Position numbers and translations under genes: made by a program
Notes under the pieces: generated by a model
Databases searched by the model: none
The model's input: only the letters and a program-made list of their open reading frames with translations
Told to the model about the DNA's origin: nothing
In this document: one piece after another, positions 40,751-50,567 of the stretch
Layout of the letters: each line of letters begins with the position of its first letter
Numbering within the stretch: position 1 is the first letter of the stretch
NCBI GenBank assembly: GCA_039630415.1
Contig: JBCNVB010000013.1
Coordinates: 1 to 64,000 of the forward strand
From: a bacterium
Lineage (GTDB): Bacteria; DRYD01
Direction of reading: 5' to 3'
Length of the DNA: 64,000 bases

Positions 40751-42654
40751 AATATTCAAAAGGTTCTTACCTACAATACCACAAAGATAATCCAATCAAC
40801 TGGATGGTATGGGGTAGTAAAGCTTTTAATTTAGCTCAAGAATTAGATAAACCGATATTTTTGTCAATAGGATATTTTACCTGTCATTGGTGTCATGTAA
40901 TGGCAAGAGAGGTTTTCGAGGATGAAGAGGTAGCAGAGTTGTTAAACAAGCAATTTGTATGTATAAAGGTAGATAGAGAGGAGCTTCCTGATGTTGACAG
41001 TTTTTATATACAGGCTCTGAGTATACTTCAGGGTGGTAATGCTGGTTGGCCAGCTAATTTATTTTTAACCCCAGACCTTAAACCATTTTTTGGATTTACT
41101 TATTTGCCTAAAAAAAATTTCATGACTATAGTTCAACAAATAGCTTATCTATGGAAACAAAGTAAACTGGAATTAATTCAATACGCGGAGCAGGTATATC
41201 AGTATCTTAAGGAAAACTATTTTAACAAAATTGGAACTTATCCTATCCATATTCTTTCAGTAAATAATCTTGAAAAGTTTTTGTATGAAGTTGATAAGCG
41301 TATTTATGAAGGGTTGGATGAATATGGTGGTTTTGGGATACAACCTAAATTTCCCCCTCATCAAATCCTTGAATATTTGCTTTATAGATTTGAAGATACT
41401 CCAAGCAAATTTGTTTTTGAATATATAGATAAAACATTGGTTGGGATGATGATGGGGGGTATGTATGATGTAATTGATGGGGGATTTTGTAGGTATAGTA
41501 CTGATCAAAAATGGATGGTACCACATTTTGAAAAAATGCTTTATGATAATGCTTTACTTATGTTTATATATCACAAAGCTTCACAAATATATCAAGATAT
41601 AGATCGAAATAAAGCAGAAATATTTAAGTATGTGTCCCAAACTGTACTTGAATTTCTTAGTTCATTTTTATACGATTCTGGAGCTTATTTAAGTTCTTTG
41701 TCAGCTGAATCTCTGGATGATGGGGTCTATCAAGAAGGTGCATATTATCTTTTTAAACCAGGTGAAATACAGCAAATTAACAACCTAGATCTGTACTATT
41801 CAGTTTATGAGTTTTATAATCCTCATACAAAATATAGAGGTCTGATTTTGCATTACAAAGAGTTTCCAAAACATAAATCTTTAAACGAAATTTTGGGCAT
41901 AAGGAATCAGTTAAAGCAAATAAGGTCTACAAAATCTAAACCACCAGCGGATAACAAAATAATCTTCTCTTGGAACTCTATGCTTTGTTACTATTTGCTT
42001 AAATGCTATCAAATTTATGGTTATGATTCTTTCTTACAAAAAGCTTCAGAAATTTTAGATTTTTTAATTAGTAAAATGTTTTCCAAAGATCAGATTTATA
42101 GAATATGTGTTGATGGTTATATTTATGAGAAGGGAATGCTGGAGGATTACTTATGGTTTTCTTTAGCAACAAATCTCTATTATCAAATAACAAAAAAAGA
42201 GGATTATTTGAATGTATCCAGGAAAATTTTTGATGAATTAAACACTAAGTTTTTTAGAGATGGTATTTTTTATAATTCTCAAGAATTTTTAACTTATGAT
42301 GTATTTGATAGTTCTATACACTCTAACAATTCTCTAGCTTTAATTCTTGCTTTAGTCCTTGAGAATAATATACAGGACAAGTACAAGGAAATCGCTTTAA
42401 AAATGTTTAATTTCACGGATAATGTAAATCATCTTGGAAGTTTTTTACTATTCCTTGATTTATATAAAAACAGTCAGACCAAAGTTAAGAGTAGAACTAG
42501 TTTGGACGGTGATTTATATAAGATCTATTTTGACTCAGTATATGAAGTAAAGCCTTCAAGTATTGAAATTAAGAAAGATGAAAAGAAGCAAGTTGTATTA
42601 AGCGTTTGTCAAGAAGATAAATGTTATGAAATTTACAAAACGATTGAATTTTGA
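40735..42654 (+). CDS. Thioredoxin domain-containing protein (YyaL/SSP411, DUF255)
   Basis: SIGYFTCHWCHVM, KVDREE.PD, GWP and VPHFEKMLYDNA motifs. Confidence 0.92.
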   Translation: MENELKYSKGSYLQYHKDNPINWMVWGSKAFNLAQELDKPIFLSIGYFTCHWCHVMAREVFEDEEVAELLNKQFVCIKVDREELPDVDSFYIQALSILQGGNAGWPANLFLTPDLKPFFGFTYLPKKNFMTIVQQIAYLWKQSKLELIQYAEQVYQYLKENYFNKIGTYPIHILSVNNLEKFLYEVDKRIYEGLDEYGGFGIQPKFPPHQILEYLLYRFEDTPSKFVFEYIDKTLVGMMMGGMYDVIDGGFCRYSTDQKWMVPHFEKMLYDNALLMFIYHKASQIYQDIDRNKAEIFKYVSQTVLEFLSSFLYDSGAYLSSLSAESLDDGVYQEGAYYLFKPGEIQQINNLDLYYSVYEFYNPHTKYRGLILHYKEFPKHKSLNEILGIRNQLKQIRSTKSKPPADNKIIFSWNSMLCYYLLKCYQIYGYDSFLQKASEILDFLISKMFSKDQIYRICVDGYIYEKGMLEDYLWFSLATNLYYQITKKEDYLNVSRKIFDELNTKFFRDGIFYNSQEFLTYDVFDSSIHSNNSLALILALVLENNIQDKYKEIALKMFNFTDNVNHLGSFLLFLDLYKNSQTKVKSRTSLDGDLYKIYFDSVYEVKPSSIEIKKDEKKQVVLSVCQEDKCYEIYKTIEF

Positions 42655-43793
42655 TGAGTATTTTCATTTCTGTTTGTGACTATTCATCTGAATTCTATGC
42701 TAGTAAGTTAATAGAATATATTGCCAAAGATGTAGGGAGCAAGATATTTGTTATAGGTGGTGATTTATTAAGAAACTTATCCAAAAAATACTCTAACGTT
42801 GTTTTTTTGATAGAATCTGTTAGGTATAGTTCTGTAGGTTTTTTTGAGAATTTAAGTATGGTTCCGTTTATACTTTGGGACTATTTAAAGCTTAAAAGAA
42901 TGCTTTGGAGTATAAAACCTACTTTATCAATTTTATTTGATTCACCAGCTATAAATGTTAGGTTGATAAGATTTTTGAAAGATATTGGATCGAAAATAAT
43001 TTATATCATACCTCCTAGGAGTTGGAGTTTACAAAGGACAAAAACTCATGAGTTGGTTGAAAATAATTGTGAATATGTTATTGTACCTTTTAAGTTTAAT
43101 CTGAAAGTGTATCAAGGTAAAAATATTTTGTTTTTTGGTCATCCTATGGTAGAGATAATAGACAAAAGTCTTATTAGTACACAAGAAAAATGTTCTTTAG
43201 GTATTTTCCCAGGTAGTAGAACTTTTGAAATCAAATTTGTTTCCAGACCGGTTTTTGATATCATTCATATTTTGAACCAAAAATTTGAAAAGATAATAAT
43301 CTCTGCTACTAATCATACTTTGAAGTATTTGAATCATTTATCTGATGATTTTGAAATATGTAGTAATTATGAGCAGATTGTAAATAGAATAGGAATTGCT
43401 TTAAGTACTTCAGGTACTGTAGTTCTTAAAAATGTTTTATACGCCATACCAACTATATGCTTTTACAGAGTATACAAAATTTCTGAATGGATATTCAACA
43501 ATTTTGTCAAAATGAAGGTAACAAAAATAGCATTGCCCAATATACTAGCTGAGTATGAATTTCCTGACAGTCTCAAGGATAAATACTTTAAAGCTGATAT
43601 AGTCCCTGAATTACTACAGGATCATTGCAATTCAAATAGTATACTTAGTACCCTTCAGAAAGTTATTGATAACTATGATAAATACAAACAAGTAGTTAAA
43701 GAGTTCAGGAGTATTTTTTTTGAATTTTATCCTCCGCAACCTATTAAGGATATTTCCGAATTTGTTCTGGATTACTATCGAAAAATAACATGA
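42654..43793 (+). CDS. lpxB: Lipid-A-disaccharide synthase
   Basis: DSPAINV, FGHP, FPGSR..E, SGT, LPNIL and PELLQ motifs. Confidence 0.82.
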   Translation: MSIFISVCDYSSEFYASKLIEYIAKDVGSKIFVIGGDLLRNLSKKYSNVVFLIESVRYSSVGFFENLSMVPFILWDYLKLKRMLWSIKPTLSILFDSPAINVRLIRFLKDIGSKIIYIIPPRSWSLQRTKTHELVENNCEYVIVPFKFNLKVYQGKNILFFGHPMVEIIDKSLISTQEKCSLGIFPGSRTFEIKFVSRPVFDIIHILNQKFEKIIISATNHTLKYLNHLSDDFEICSNYEQIVNRIGIALSTSGTVVLKNVLYAIPTICFYRVYKISEWIFNNFVKMKVTKIALPNILAEYEFPDSLKDKYFKADIVPELLQDHCNSNSILSTLQKVIDNYDKYKQVVKEFRSIFFEFYPPQPIKDISEFVLDYYRKIT

Positions 43794-43967
43794 AAAATAG
43801 CAATAGCAAGGATTTGTTAGATGATATGTAGAATATAATTTAGAAGAGTTAGAAGAGTAAAGAAGTTTCATATATGTATAGTTCAATCAAGAGAAAGATG
43901 TACTAATCGAATAAAGGAAGGGGAGTGTAGACGATGCAAAGCATGTCCTCATCTATAAGAAAGAAAA

Positions 43968-44180
43968 ATGAAAAGAAAACAAAAAAAAACAAGAAATTTC
44001 CAAGATAGATTTCTCAATTCTCTAAGAGGGGATGATGTAAAGGTAAAAGTAGAAACTACTACCTCAAAAATATATGTTGGTAAACTAATTTCTTTTGACC
44101 AGAATGTGGTTATATTGGAAACTGAAGAAGGGCAAGTAATGCTTTATAAGAGGGCTTTATGCTCGGTGGGAAAGGTGTAA
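43968..44180 (+). CDS. hfq: RNA chaperone Hfq-like Sm protein (true start uncertain)
   Basis: FQDRFLNSLR, G.LISFDQ.VVIL and Q.MLYKRAL motifs. Confidence 0.8.
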   Translation: MKRKQKKTRNFQDRFLNSLRGDDVKVKVETTTSKIYVGKLISFDQNVVILETEEGQVMLYKRALCSVGKV

Positions 44181-44184
44181 TTTA

Positions 44185-45600
44185 ATGTATATACCCCATA
44201 AACAACATGAGGTAGAAAAAATAAAAAATGAACTGAAAATAAAAGAGATAAATGATATATTTGAGCAGATTACTGGTAAGAATAAATTCTTTGAGCCTAA
44301 TGAATTGGGTGAACCACTATCGCAACAGAGCTTAATTAATTTTTTCGATAAACTAGCATCAAAAATTGAAGACTATGAGTATCTAGTTGGAGCAGGAGCT
44401 TACGATTATTTTATACCCCCTATTGTCGAATCTCTAATCAGAGCTGAATTTGTTACTTCATATACACCATACCAACCCGAAGTCTCACAAGGTACTTTGA
44501 AAGCACTATGGGATTTCCAATCAGCTATTTGCGAAATATTTAACCAAGAGGTATGCAATTCTTCACACTATGATACTGCAACGGCTACCGCTGAAGCCGT
44601 ACTAATGGCCAAAAGAATATATCACAAAAAAAAACCTAACGCTAATACTTATATAGTAGCTAATTCAGTTCATCCAACTTATCAAAATGTCCTAAAAACA
44701 TATACACAACCGCTAGGTATTCAACCGAAATACTTGGAGTTTAACCAATATGGTAAAATTGACATAGATGCATTGTCAAGTATAATAGACGATGATGTAT
44801 TTGCAATTGTTATTCAAAGCCCTAACTTCTTCGGAGTTATCGAAAATAATATACCAAAATTAAAGGATATTGCTCAGGATAGGTTAGTTATTTTGGTAGT
44901 TAGTAACCCTTTCTTTTACTTTTTGCAAGATCCTCCACAAGTAGATATCGTAGTTTCTAATTTACAACCGTTTGGAATACCTCTAAGTTTTGGAGGACCT
45001 TATCTTGCAACTATAGCAACCTCTCTCAAAAATATAAGAGAAATGCCAGGAAGAATAATAGGTAAGACAATAGATAAAGACGGTAAAGAAGCTTACACTA
45101 TGATTTTACAAACAAGAGAACAGCATATAAAAAGAGAAAAAGCTACGAGTAATATATGTACTAATCAAACTCTAATGGCTATCAGAAATATCATATATCT
45201 TATGGCTATGGGTAAATCAAATTTGATAAAAGTAGCACAGAAGAGTTATACTAATATAAGACATTTGTCTCGAAATATTGAACAAATCGGCTCTATAAAG
45301 GTATTATTTAATGATGTTTTCAATGAGACTCTACTCTATGTACCAAATTATCATCAAATATATAAACATTTGAAAAAAAACCACAAAATAATATTTGGTA
45401 TTTCTCTAAATAAATTCAAATTGAGTGTATCTTTTATGTCCAACCTAAGAAAATATTTCGATTACGAATTGTCTAATTTAGTTTTAGTATGTACTACTGA
45501 GAAAATTTCAAAACAAAAAATTGATCAAATTGTTTCTTATATTTCTGAGTTTGATGTGATCAAGAATGGAGCAGTACCTAAAGGGACTTACTCTAGATGA
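44185..45600 (+). CDS. gcvPA: Glycine dehydrogenase (decarboxylating) subunit 1
   Basis: TSYTPYQPEVSQG, FGGP and LQTREQHIKREKATSNICTNQ motifs. Confidence 0.93.
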   Translation: MYIPHKQHEVEKIKNELKIKEINDIFEQITGKNKFFEPNELGEPLSQQSLINFFDKLASKIEDYEYLVGAGAYDYFIPPIVESLIRAEFVTSYTPYQPEVSQGTLKALWDFQSAICEIFNQEVCNSSHYDTATATAEAVLMAKRIYHKKKPNANTYIVANSVHPTYQNVLKTYTQPLGIQPKYLEFNQYGKIDIDALSSIIDDDVFAIVIQSPNFFGVIENNIPKLKDIAQDRLVILVVSNPFFYFLQDPPQVDIVVSNLQPFGIPLSFGGPYLATIATSLKNIREMPGRIIGKTIDKDGKEAYTMILQTREQHIKREKATSNICTNQTLMAIRNIIYLMAMGKSNLIKVAQKSYTNIRHLSRNIEQIGSIKVLFNDVFNETLLYVPNYHQIYKHLKKNHKIIFGISLNKFKLSVSFMSNLRKYFDYELSNLVLVCTTEKISKQKIDQIVSYISEFDVIKNGAVPKGTYSR

Positions 45601-46645
45601 GTTAGATAAAATAATCTGTAGGATACTTGGTACAGAGCAAAGCTCGAAACCTAATTTTAGAACCCTTCAATTGTTAAAGTGGATATATTCTAAGTATCAA
45701 GATGATCCTTGTTTGTTTACCGATCTTTCTAAAGATTTAAGGCAAAAAATAGCTCAAAATTTTAAGCTAAGATCTTTAGAACTTGTTGAATACCAGAATT
45801 CAAAGATTTCTGAATCTATTAAGTTTGCGTATAAAACTTTTGATGGTGAGATAGTTGAAAGTGTTTTAATGAAGCATCCTGACAGATATACCCTTTGTAT
45901 ATCATCTCAGGTTGGATGTAATGTAGGATGTATTTTCTGTGCATCTGGTGCTATGGGACTTAAGAGAAATTTACATGTTCATGAAATAGTTGAACAGTTC
46001 TTTTTATCTCAAAAATTTATTTATGAAAAAGAAGGTAAGAGAATATCTAATATTGTTTTTATGGGTATGGGTGAACCTTTGATTAATTATCACAATGTAG
46101 TTAAAGCTATTGTGATTTTCAACTCACCCTGGGGATTCAATATTAGTAAGAGAAACATAACTTTATCTACCTCTGGTATAGAAAAAAGGATATATGATCT
46201 GGTAAGAGATGGTGTAAGAGTAAAATTGGCTTTGTCATTACACTCTCCTTTCCAAGAGCAAAGGGAAAAACTAATACCTACAGCTAAAAAGTATGACATT
46301 AATTCTCTTTTAAAAGCCGTAGAAAATTACTATCAAAACACAAAAAAGAGAATTACAATTGAATACATACTCTTGAAAGATATTAATGATACAGTTGAGC
46401 ATGCGAAAAAACTTGTAAGTTTACTCAAGCAGTACTCTATGAAAGTTTTAATAAATCTGATACCCTATAATAGTATTGGTAATGTATATTTTGAGGATAA
46501 GCTTTTAGAAGAACCTGATATTAGTAGAATTCAAAGATTCCAAAATATTATCAAGGAGCATTTTGAGGTTAGTGTGAGATGGAGTTTAGGTAGAGACATA
46601 GATGCTGCCTGTGGACAACTGAGAAGAAAAATACTATCTTGCTAA
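45566..46645 (+). CDS. rlmN: 23S rRNA/tRNA C2-methyltransferase (radical SAM)
   Basis: CISSQVGCNVGCIFC, MGMGEP and DIDAACGQL motifs. Confidence 0.95.
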   Translation: MEQYLKGLTLDELDKIICRILGTEQSSKPNFRTLQLLKWIYSKYQDDPCLFTDLSKDLRQKIAQNFKLRSLELVEYQNSKISESIKFAYKTFDGEIVESVLMKHPDRYTLCISSQVGCNVGCIFCASGAMGLKRNLHVHEIVEQFFLSQKFIYEKEGKRISNIVFMGMGEPLINYHNVVKAIVIFNSPWGFNISKRNITLSTSGIEKRIYDLVRDGVRVKLALSLHSPFQEQREKLIPTAKKYDINSLLKAVENYYQNTKKRITIEYILLKDINDTVEHAKKLVSLLKQYSMKVLINLIPYNSIGNVYFEDKLLEEPDISRIQRFQNIIKEHFEVSVRWSLGRDIDAACGQLRRKILSC

Positions 46646-47946
46646 AATATACCTACTCCGTATATTTCGTTTATATTTGTTAACCCGGGTGGTATTTTTA
46701 TTGTTAAATTGGTGTTTTTGGGATTTTCAAAAAATACCCCACTTTTATAGCTTTCTAAATACTTCTCTATTTTGTCTAATTTTATATCCAATTTGTTTGA
46801 AACTATGCAACCTGAGTTTGTGGTATTTCCATCTATTCCGTCCGTTGCTATTGCAAAAAAAATTATTTCTTTATTAGTTGGTATATTTTTTATTTCCCTA
46901 AGTACTTGTAAAGATAGATGTTGTAATCTTCCTCCATATCCTTCTTTGTCTACTTGTAAACTAGTTTCTCCTCCAAATATGTAGCATATTCCGGTCTTGT
47001 TTATATTAGTAAGTATGTTGGATTTGATAAGATTCAATAAATCTTGGTTTTTAAGGTTTAGATGTGAGCATACTGGTAAAGCATTTATTCCGTTTGTTTG
47101 TAATAAATTTTCTACTTGTAAAACTGCAAATGTATTATCAGAGATGATGTAGTGAAATACTTGATCTAAATTTTTATTTTGTTCCTGGATTTTGTTATAT
47201 ATTTCAAAATTTTCTCTCATCGTTGTATGTATATTGTAGTGATCTATAATAGGTTTGAGGATTTGTGAGATTTCGTAGATTTCATCGTTGGAGAATTGCT
47301 TGAGAAACGTTATGCCTGAACCTATGGTTGATAAGTCATTTAGAGGTACATCTGAGATGATAAGTGATATAACTTGACTATTGGGTATATATTGAAGAAG
47401 TTTACCAGACTTTACTCTTGAAAAAAATCTTCTGATCGTATTGATTTGGTAAATGTTTAGGTTTTGATGAAGAATATATTTATAGATTTCTATACATAGC
47501 TCTGGTTTGATGATTGGGTATTCAAACATACTACTTGCTCCACCACTTATCAAAAATATTATCGTTGTTTTGTTTGAATCTATTTGCTTCAAAAGGTCCA
47601 AGATTTGGACTGTATTGTTAATTGATTCAACTGATAGGTATGGGTGTGATGAGAAAAGGATTTTATTTGAGTGATTTTCAAAGGTATATTTTTTATCTGT
47701 TACCATGATGCAATCTTGAATGTTTATGTTTTTTTGTTTGGCTTTAGAAATAATAGCATTTAAAAATCTAATAGCTACCTTACCTATTGATATTATGTAT
47801 ATCTTATCCCTTATGTTTATTGTATTGCTATTGATTTTTAAGATGTTTGGTTTGTCAAAGTCAATGAGGTTTTGGATTACTGTAGTTATGTCTATTTTGT
47901 TTGGTAAATAGTTTTGGAGGATGTGTCTAATTTTTTGTATAATCAT
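46642..47946 (-). CDS. Glycerate 2-kinase (MOFRL/TtuD family)
   Basis: [27 protein letters not shown] and TNINE motifs. Confidence 0.85.
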   Translation of the reverse strand: MIIQKIRHILQNYLPNKIDITTVIQNLIDFDKPNILKINSNTINIRDKIYIISIGKVAIRFLNAIISKAKQKNINIQDCIMVTDKKYTFENHSNKILFSSHPYLSVESINNTVQILDLLKQIDSNKTTIIFLISGGASSMFEYPIIKPELCIEIYKYILHQNLNIYQINTIRRFFSRVKSGKLLQYIPNSQVISLIISDVPLNDLSTIGSGITFLKQFSNDEIYEISQILKPIIDHYNIHTTMRENFEIYNKIQEQNKNLDQVFHYIISDNTFAVLQVENLLQTNGINALPVCSHLNLKNQDLLNLIKSNILTNINKTGICYIFGGETSLQVDKEGYGGRLQHLSLQVLREIKNIPTNKEIIFFAIATDGIDGNTTNSGCIVSNKLDIKLDKIEKYLESYKSGVFFENPKNTNLTIKIPPGLTNINEIYGVGIF

Positions 47947-48374
47947 TTGCTTGATTTTGAAAGTAGTTCTTTTTTATGTCTTAAAAGGAATTTAATTAAT
48001 TCTTTGGTATACTTATTTAACTCGATTGAATTTATCTGATTTAATTTAAGTAGTTTATACTCGGATATTTCACTATTTAGTTTGATGTTTGATATGTTAT
48101 CTACTTTGACTAGGTAATTAAAGAGGATCATGTGTATAGGTTTGTAGAATTCTGGGTCAAAGATGGATTCGAAGAAAGTCAGGTAGAAACAATTCTTGGG
48201 TTGTATATTCAAATTAGTTTCTTCTTTTATTTCTCTGATCAATGCTTTTATTAGAGTTTCACCTTGTTTTATTTTTCCGCCAGGTATTCCCCACTTACCA
48301 TTCCACTTATTGGTTCTAACAAATAGGAAGTAATCATCGTATTTTATTAAACCACCTACTGTAACTACTATCAT
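47943..48374 (-). CDS. NUDIX hydrolase
   Basis: [25 protein letters not shown]udix box. Confidence 0.9.
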   Translation of the reverse strand: MIVVTVGGLIKYDDYFLFVRTNKWNGKWGIPGGKIKQGETLIKALIREIKEETNLNIQPKNCFYLTFFESIFDPEFYKPIHMILFNYLVKVDNISNIKLNSEISEYKLLKLNQINSIELNKYTKELIKFLLRHKKELLSKSSK

Positions 48375-49336
48375 CTCAGATACATCGTATAGTAGAGCAC
48401 TAATCCTACTATTATCGTAAGTTGTATTAAAACAAATATGGCTATTAGGATTAAGACTTTATTGGTTAGAATTGAATGTATAGGAAAGTGTTTTGTTGTT
48501 ATTTGTTCATAATTAGTTTCGCTTTTTAGGATGCTGGCTAGTTTTTTTTCAAATTCTTTAAATGTTTTTATTCTTTCGTTAGGATTAGAATTTAAAGATT
48601 TTTCAAGTAGAGAACTTATTTGTGGGGGTATGGTGGGGTTTACTGAGGATGCTGGAGGGAAGAAGAAGGGATCTTCTCTAAGATAAGGACTAAGCTTTGT
48701 TAAGTATTCATATACTATTGAAGCTACTATGTATATGTATGAATACTCTCCTATGCTTGACTTATCGTCATCCAACATTTCTGGAGGTATGTAACCTATT
48801 GTACCTACGTATTTTTCTTCTATTCCTTTCTCTGTTACCATCGCAGGTATTTTAGAAATGGCTAAGCTTTGAATCTTTACTATTCCTTGTTTATCTATAA
48901 CAATATTATCCGGCCTAAGGTCTACTAGATGAATTATGTTTCTTTCGTGTAAATTTCTAACTATTTCTAAAAGTTGTAAAGCTAGTTTTATCGCTTTTAT
49001 ATGATTAGTTTTTGATGAGTGTATTATATCGCTAAGAAGAGTACCGTTTATTTCTTCACATATAACCATTAGATATTGTTTTTCAATAAAATAGTCTACT
49101 ATTTTCCCAATTTTTTCGTACACTATTTTAGATAGTGATGAGAGAAATTGATAGAGATTAGATAAGTAGTTTTGGGATGTATTGTATTCGGATATACTTA
49201 TTTGATAAAGAATCCAACTAGAGCCTATAAATCTTATGTCTTCTACTCTGTAAGCTATGTAGTCTACTTCTATTTTGTAGGTATTAGTTATTTTGTATCT
49301 ATTGTTTAGGATAGTTCCGGCTAGGATTTTTTGCAT
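48371..49336 (-). CDS. Ser/Thr kinase-fold membrane protein, probable pseudokinase
   Basis: [16 protein letters not shown] and P.ER retained; Gly-loop, beta3 Lys and DFG missing; C-terminal TM. Confidence 0.78.
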   Translation of the reverse strand: MQKILAGTILNNRYKITNTYKIEVDYIAYRVEDIRFIGSSWILYQISISEYNTSQNYLSNLYQFLSSLSKIVYEKIGKIVDYFIEKQYLMVICEEINGTLLSDIIHSSKTNHIKAIKLALQLLEIVRNLHERNIIHLVDLRPDNIVIDKQGIVKIQSLAISKIPAMVTEKGIEEKYVGTIGYIPPEMLDDDKSSIGEYSYIYIVASIVYEYLTKLSPYLREDPFFFPPASSVNPTIPPQISSLLEKSLNSNPNERIKTFKEFEKKLASILKSETNYEQITTKHFPIHSILTNKVLILIAIFVLIQLTIIVGLVLYYTMYLR

Positions 49337-49392
49337 TGTGGTTTAATCGGGGTGGTTGCGTGTGTAGATTGGTCTGGTGATGATGAGTGATA

Positions 49393-49466
49393 TGGCTGGC
49401 GGGGAAGGATTCGAACCCTCGCCACGGGATCCAAAGTCCCATGTCCTACCACTAGACGACCCGCCA
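49393..49466 (-). tRNA. tRNA-Gln(TTG)
   Basis: Reverse complement TGGCGGG...CT-TTG-GA...GGTTCGAATCC...CCCGCCAGCCA; CCA encoded. Confidence 0.95.
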
Positions 49467-49505
49467 ACCTTAGTTATATATTACTACATACACTATCGCT
49501 ATCCT

Positions 49506-50009
49506 TTATTCGCTCTTGCTTTGATCTACTATCTTTTCAATTATATACTCTATCTCAAACCCACTATTTTTTATCTCTTGGTATATATATTCATGATCTT
49601 CTAATGATTGTTTAATGTTTGTAAGATTTTTTACCAATTCAAAAACTTCTACTTCTAGTTGACCAATTTCTTTAAGATCTTCCTCTACTTTTTCATTTTG
49701 AGATAGCTTATGTTCGATTTTCGTGAGTTTTTCTATTATTTGATTTAATTTATCGTTTATTATCTGAACTTGTGATTCTATTTTTGGAAGTATGAAATTT
49801 TTCGTTTTTGATGATTTTATTGTTATTTGTATTTCTTCTATCCAATTTTTTACTGCTATTATAGCTTCATCTATTTTGTTCTTATTTACCAGAGTTAGTA
49901 ATTGATTAAAAAAGGGTGTATTTTCTGGATTTGAAAAATCGTATGAATTTTGACAATTATAACACTTATTACCTTCAAATATTTCTAAGCATACAATACA
50001 TCTATTCAT
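49506..50009 (-). CDS. Hypothetical protein, N-terminal zinc ribbon plus coiled coil
   Basis: CIVC...CYNC followed by heptad-like helices. Confidence 0.65.
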   Translation of the reverse strand: MNRCIVCLEIFEGNKCYNCQNSYDFSNPENTPFFNQLLTLVNKNKIDEAIIAVKNWIEEIQITIKSSKTKNFILPKIESQVQIINDKLNQIIEKLTKIEHKLSQNEKVEEDLKEIGQLEVEVFELVKNLTNIKQSLEDHEYIYQEIKNSGFEIEYIIEKIVDQSKSE

Positions 50010-50028
50010 TGTTTAAAGTACCAAATTA

Positions 50029-50481
50029 CTAACTAATTCTTCCAAATGAAGATTGTATATTGTTGTTATATTGACTAATATAGTTTTGTTGTTGGTTAGA
50101 TAGTATTTTGATGAAATCTAGAATAGTTATAGGACTATCTTTTTGATCACCTTCTTCACCTGTTACAAAGGTAGTTGCTCTATCTTTTATTATATCTGGT
50201 AATCTTGGTATTTCATCCATAACATCGGGTCTATCTCCCATTTCATGTGTTGCTAGTGTTTGTGCAATTACTTTATCTTGTTGTATATTTATGGATGTAT
50301 CTCCTGCTTCTAGTGAGGCTAGTGTTTGTACTTTGGGACCATCATGATTTTGTACTATACCTTCTTCCGCGGTTCCAACTGTAATCAGAGGATTTTTATC
50401 TCCGTATCTTTTTTGATGGCTCTCTATTACATCTTGTAATGTTGGTGGTTTAGATTGAATATTTGAATTTCTTATTTCCAC
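50029..50481 (-). CDS. Repeat peptide resembling a plesiocin-type graspetide (omega-ester RiPP) precursor
   Basis: Four xTxxxxE(E/x)G(D) units, including a perfect TTFVTGEE; strong GAGGGGGTGA SD with GTG start. Confidence 0.6.
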   Translation of the reverse strand: MEIRNSNIQSKPPTLQDVIESHQKRYGDKNPLITVGTAEEGIVQNHDGPKVQTLASLEAGDTSINIQQDKVIAQTLATHEMGDRPDVMDEIPRLPDIIKDRATTFVTGEEGDQKDSPITILDFIKILSNQQQNYISQYNNNIQSSFGRIS

Positions 50482-50550
50482 AGAGCTTCACCCCCTCTTT
50501 AAGTTATAATGTTCATTTTTGTATTTTAATTCAATATCTTAAGCCAATTT

Positions 50551-50567
50551 TTTACATTTTTTTTACA
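50551..50567. promoter_or_regulatory. Direct-repeat box TTTACA-N5-TTTACA, copy 3
   Basis: Identical to 9534-9550; about 70 bp upstream of 50481 and overlapping the holA stop. Confidence 0.55.

Noticed and set aside
49377-49604. 75-aa + strand ORF
   Set aside because: Antisense to tRNA-Gln and to the end of 49506-50009
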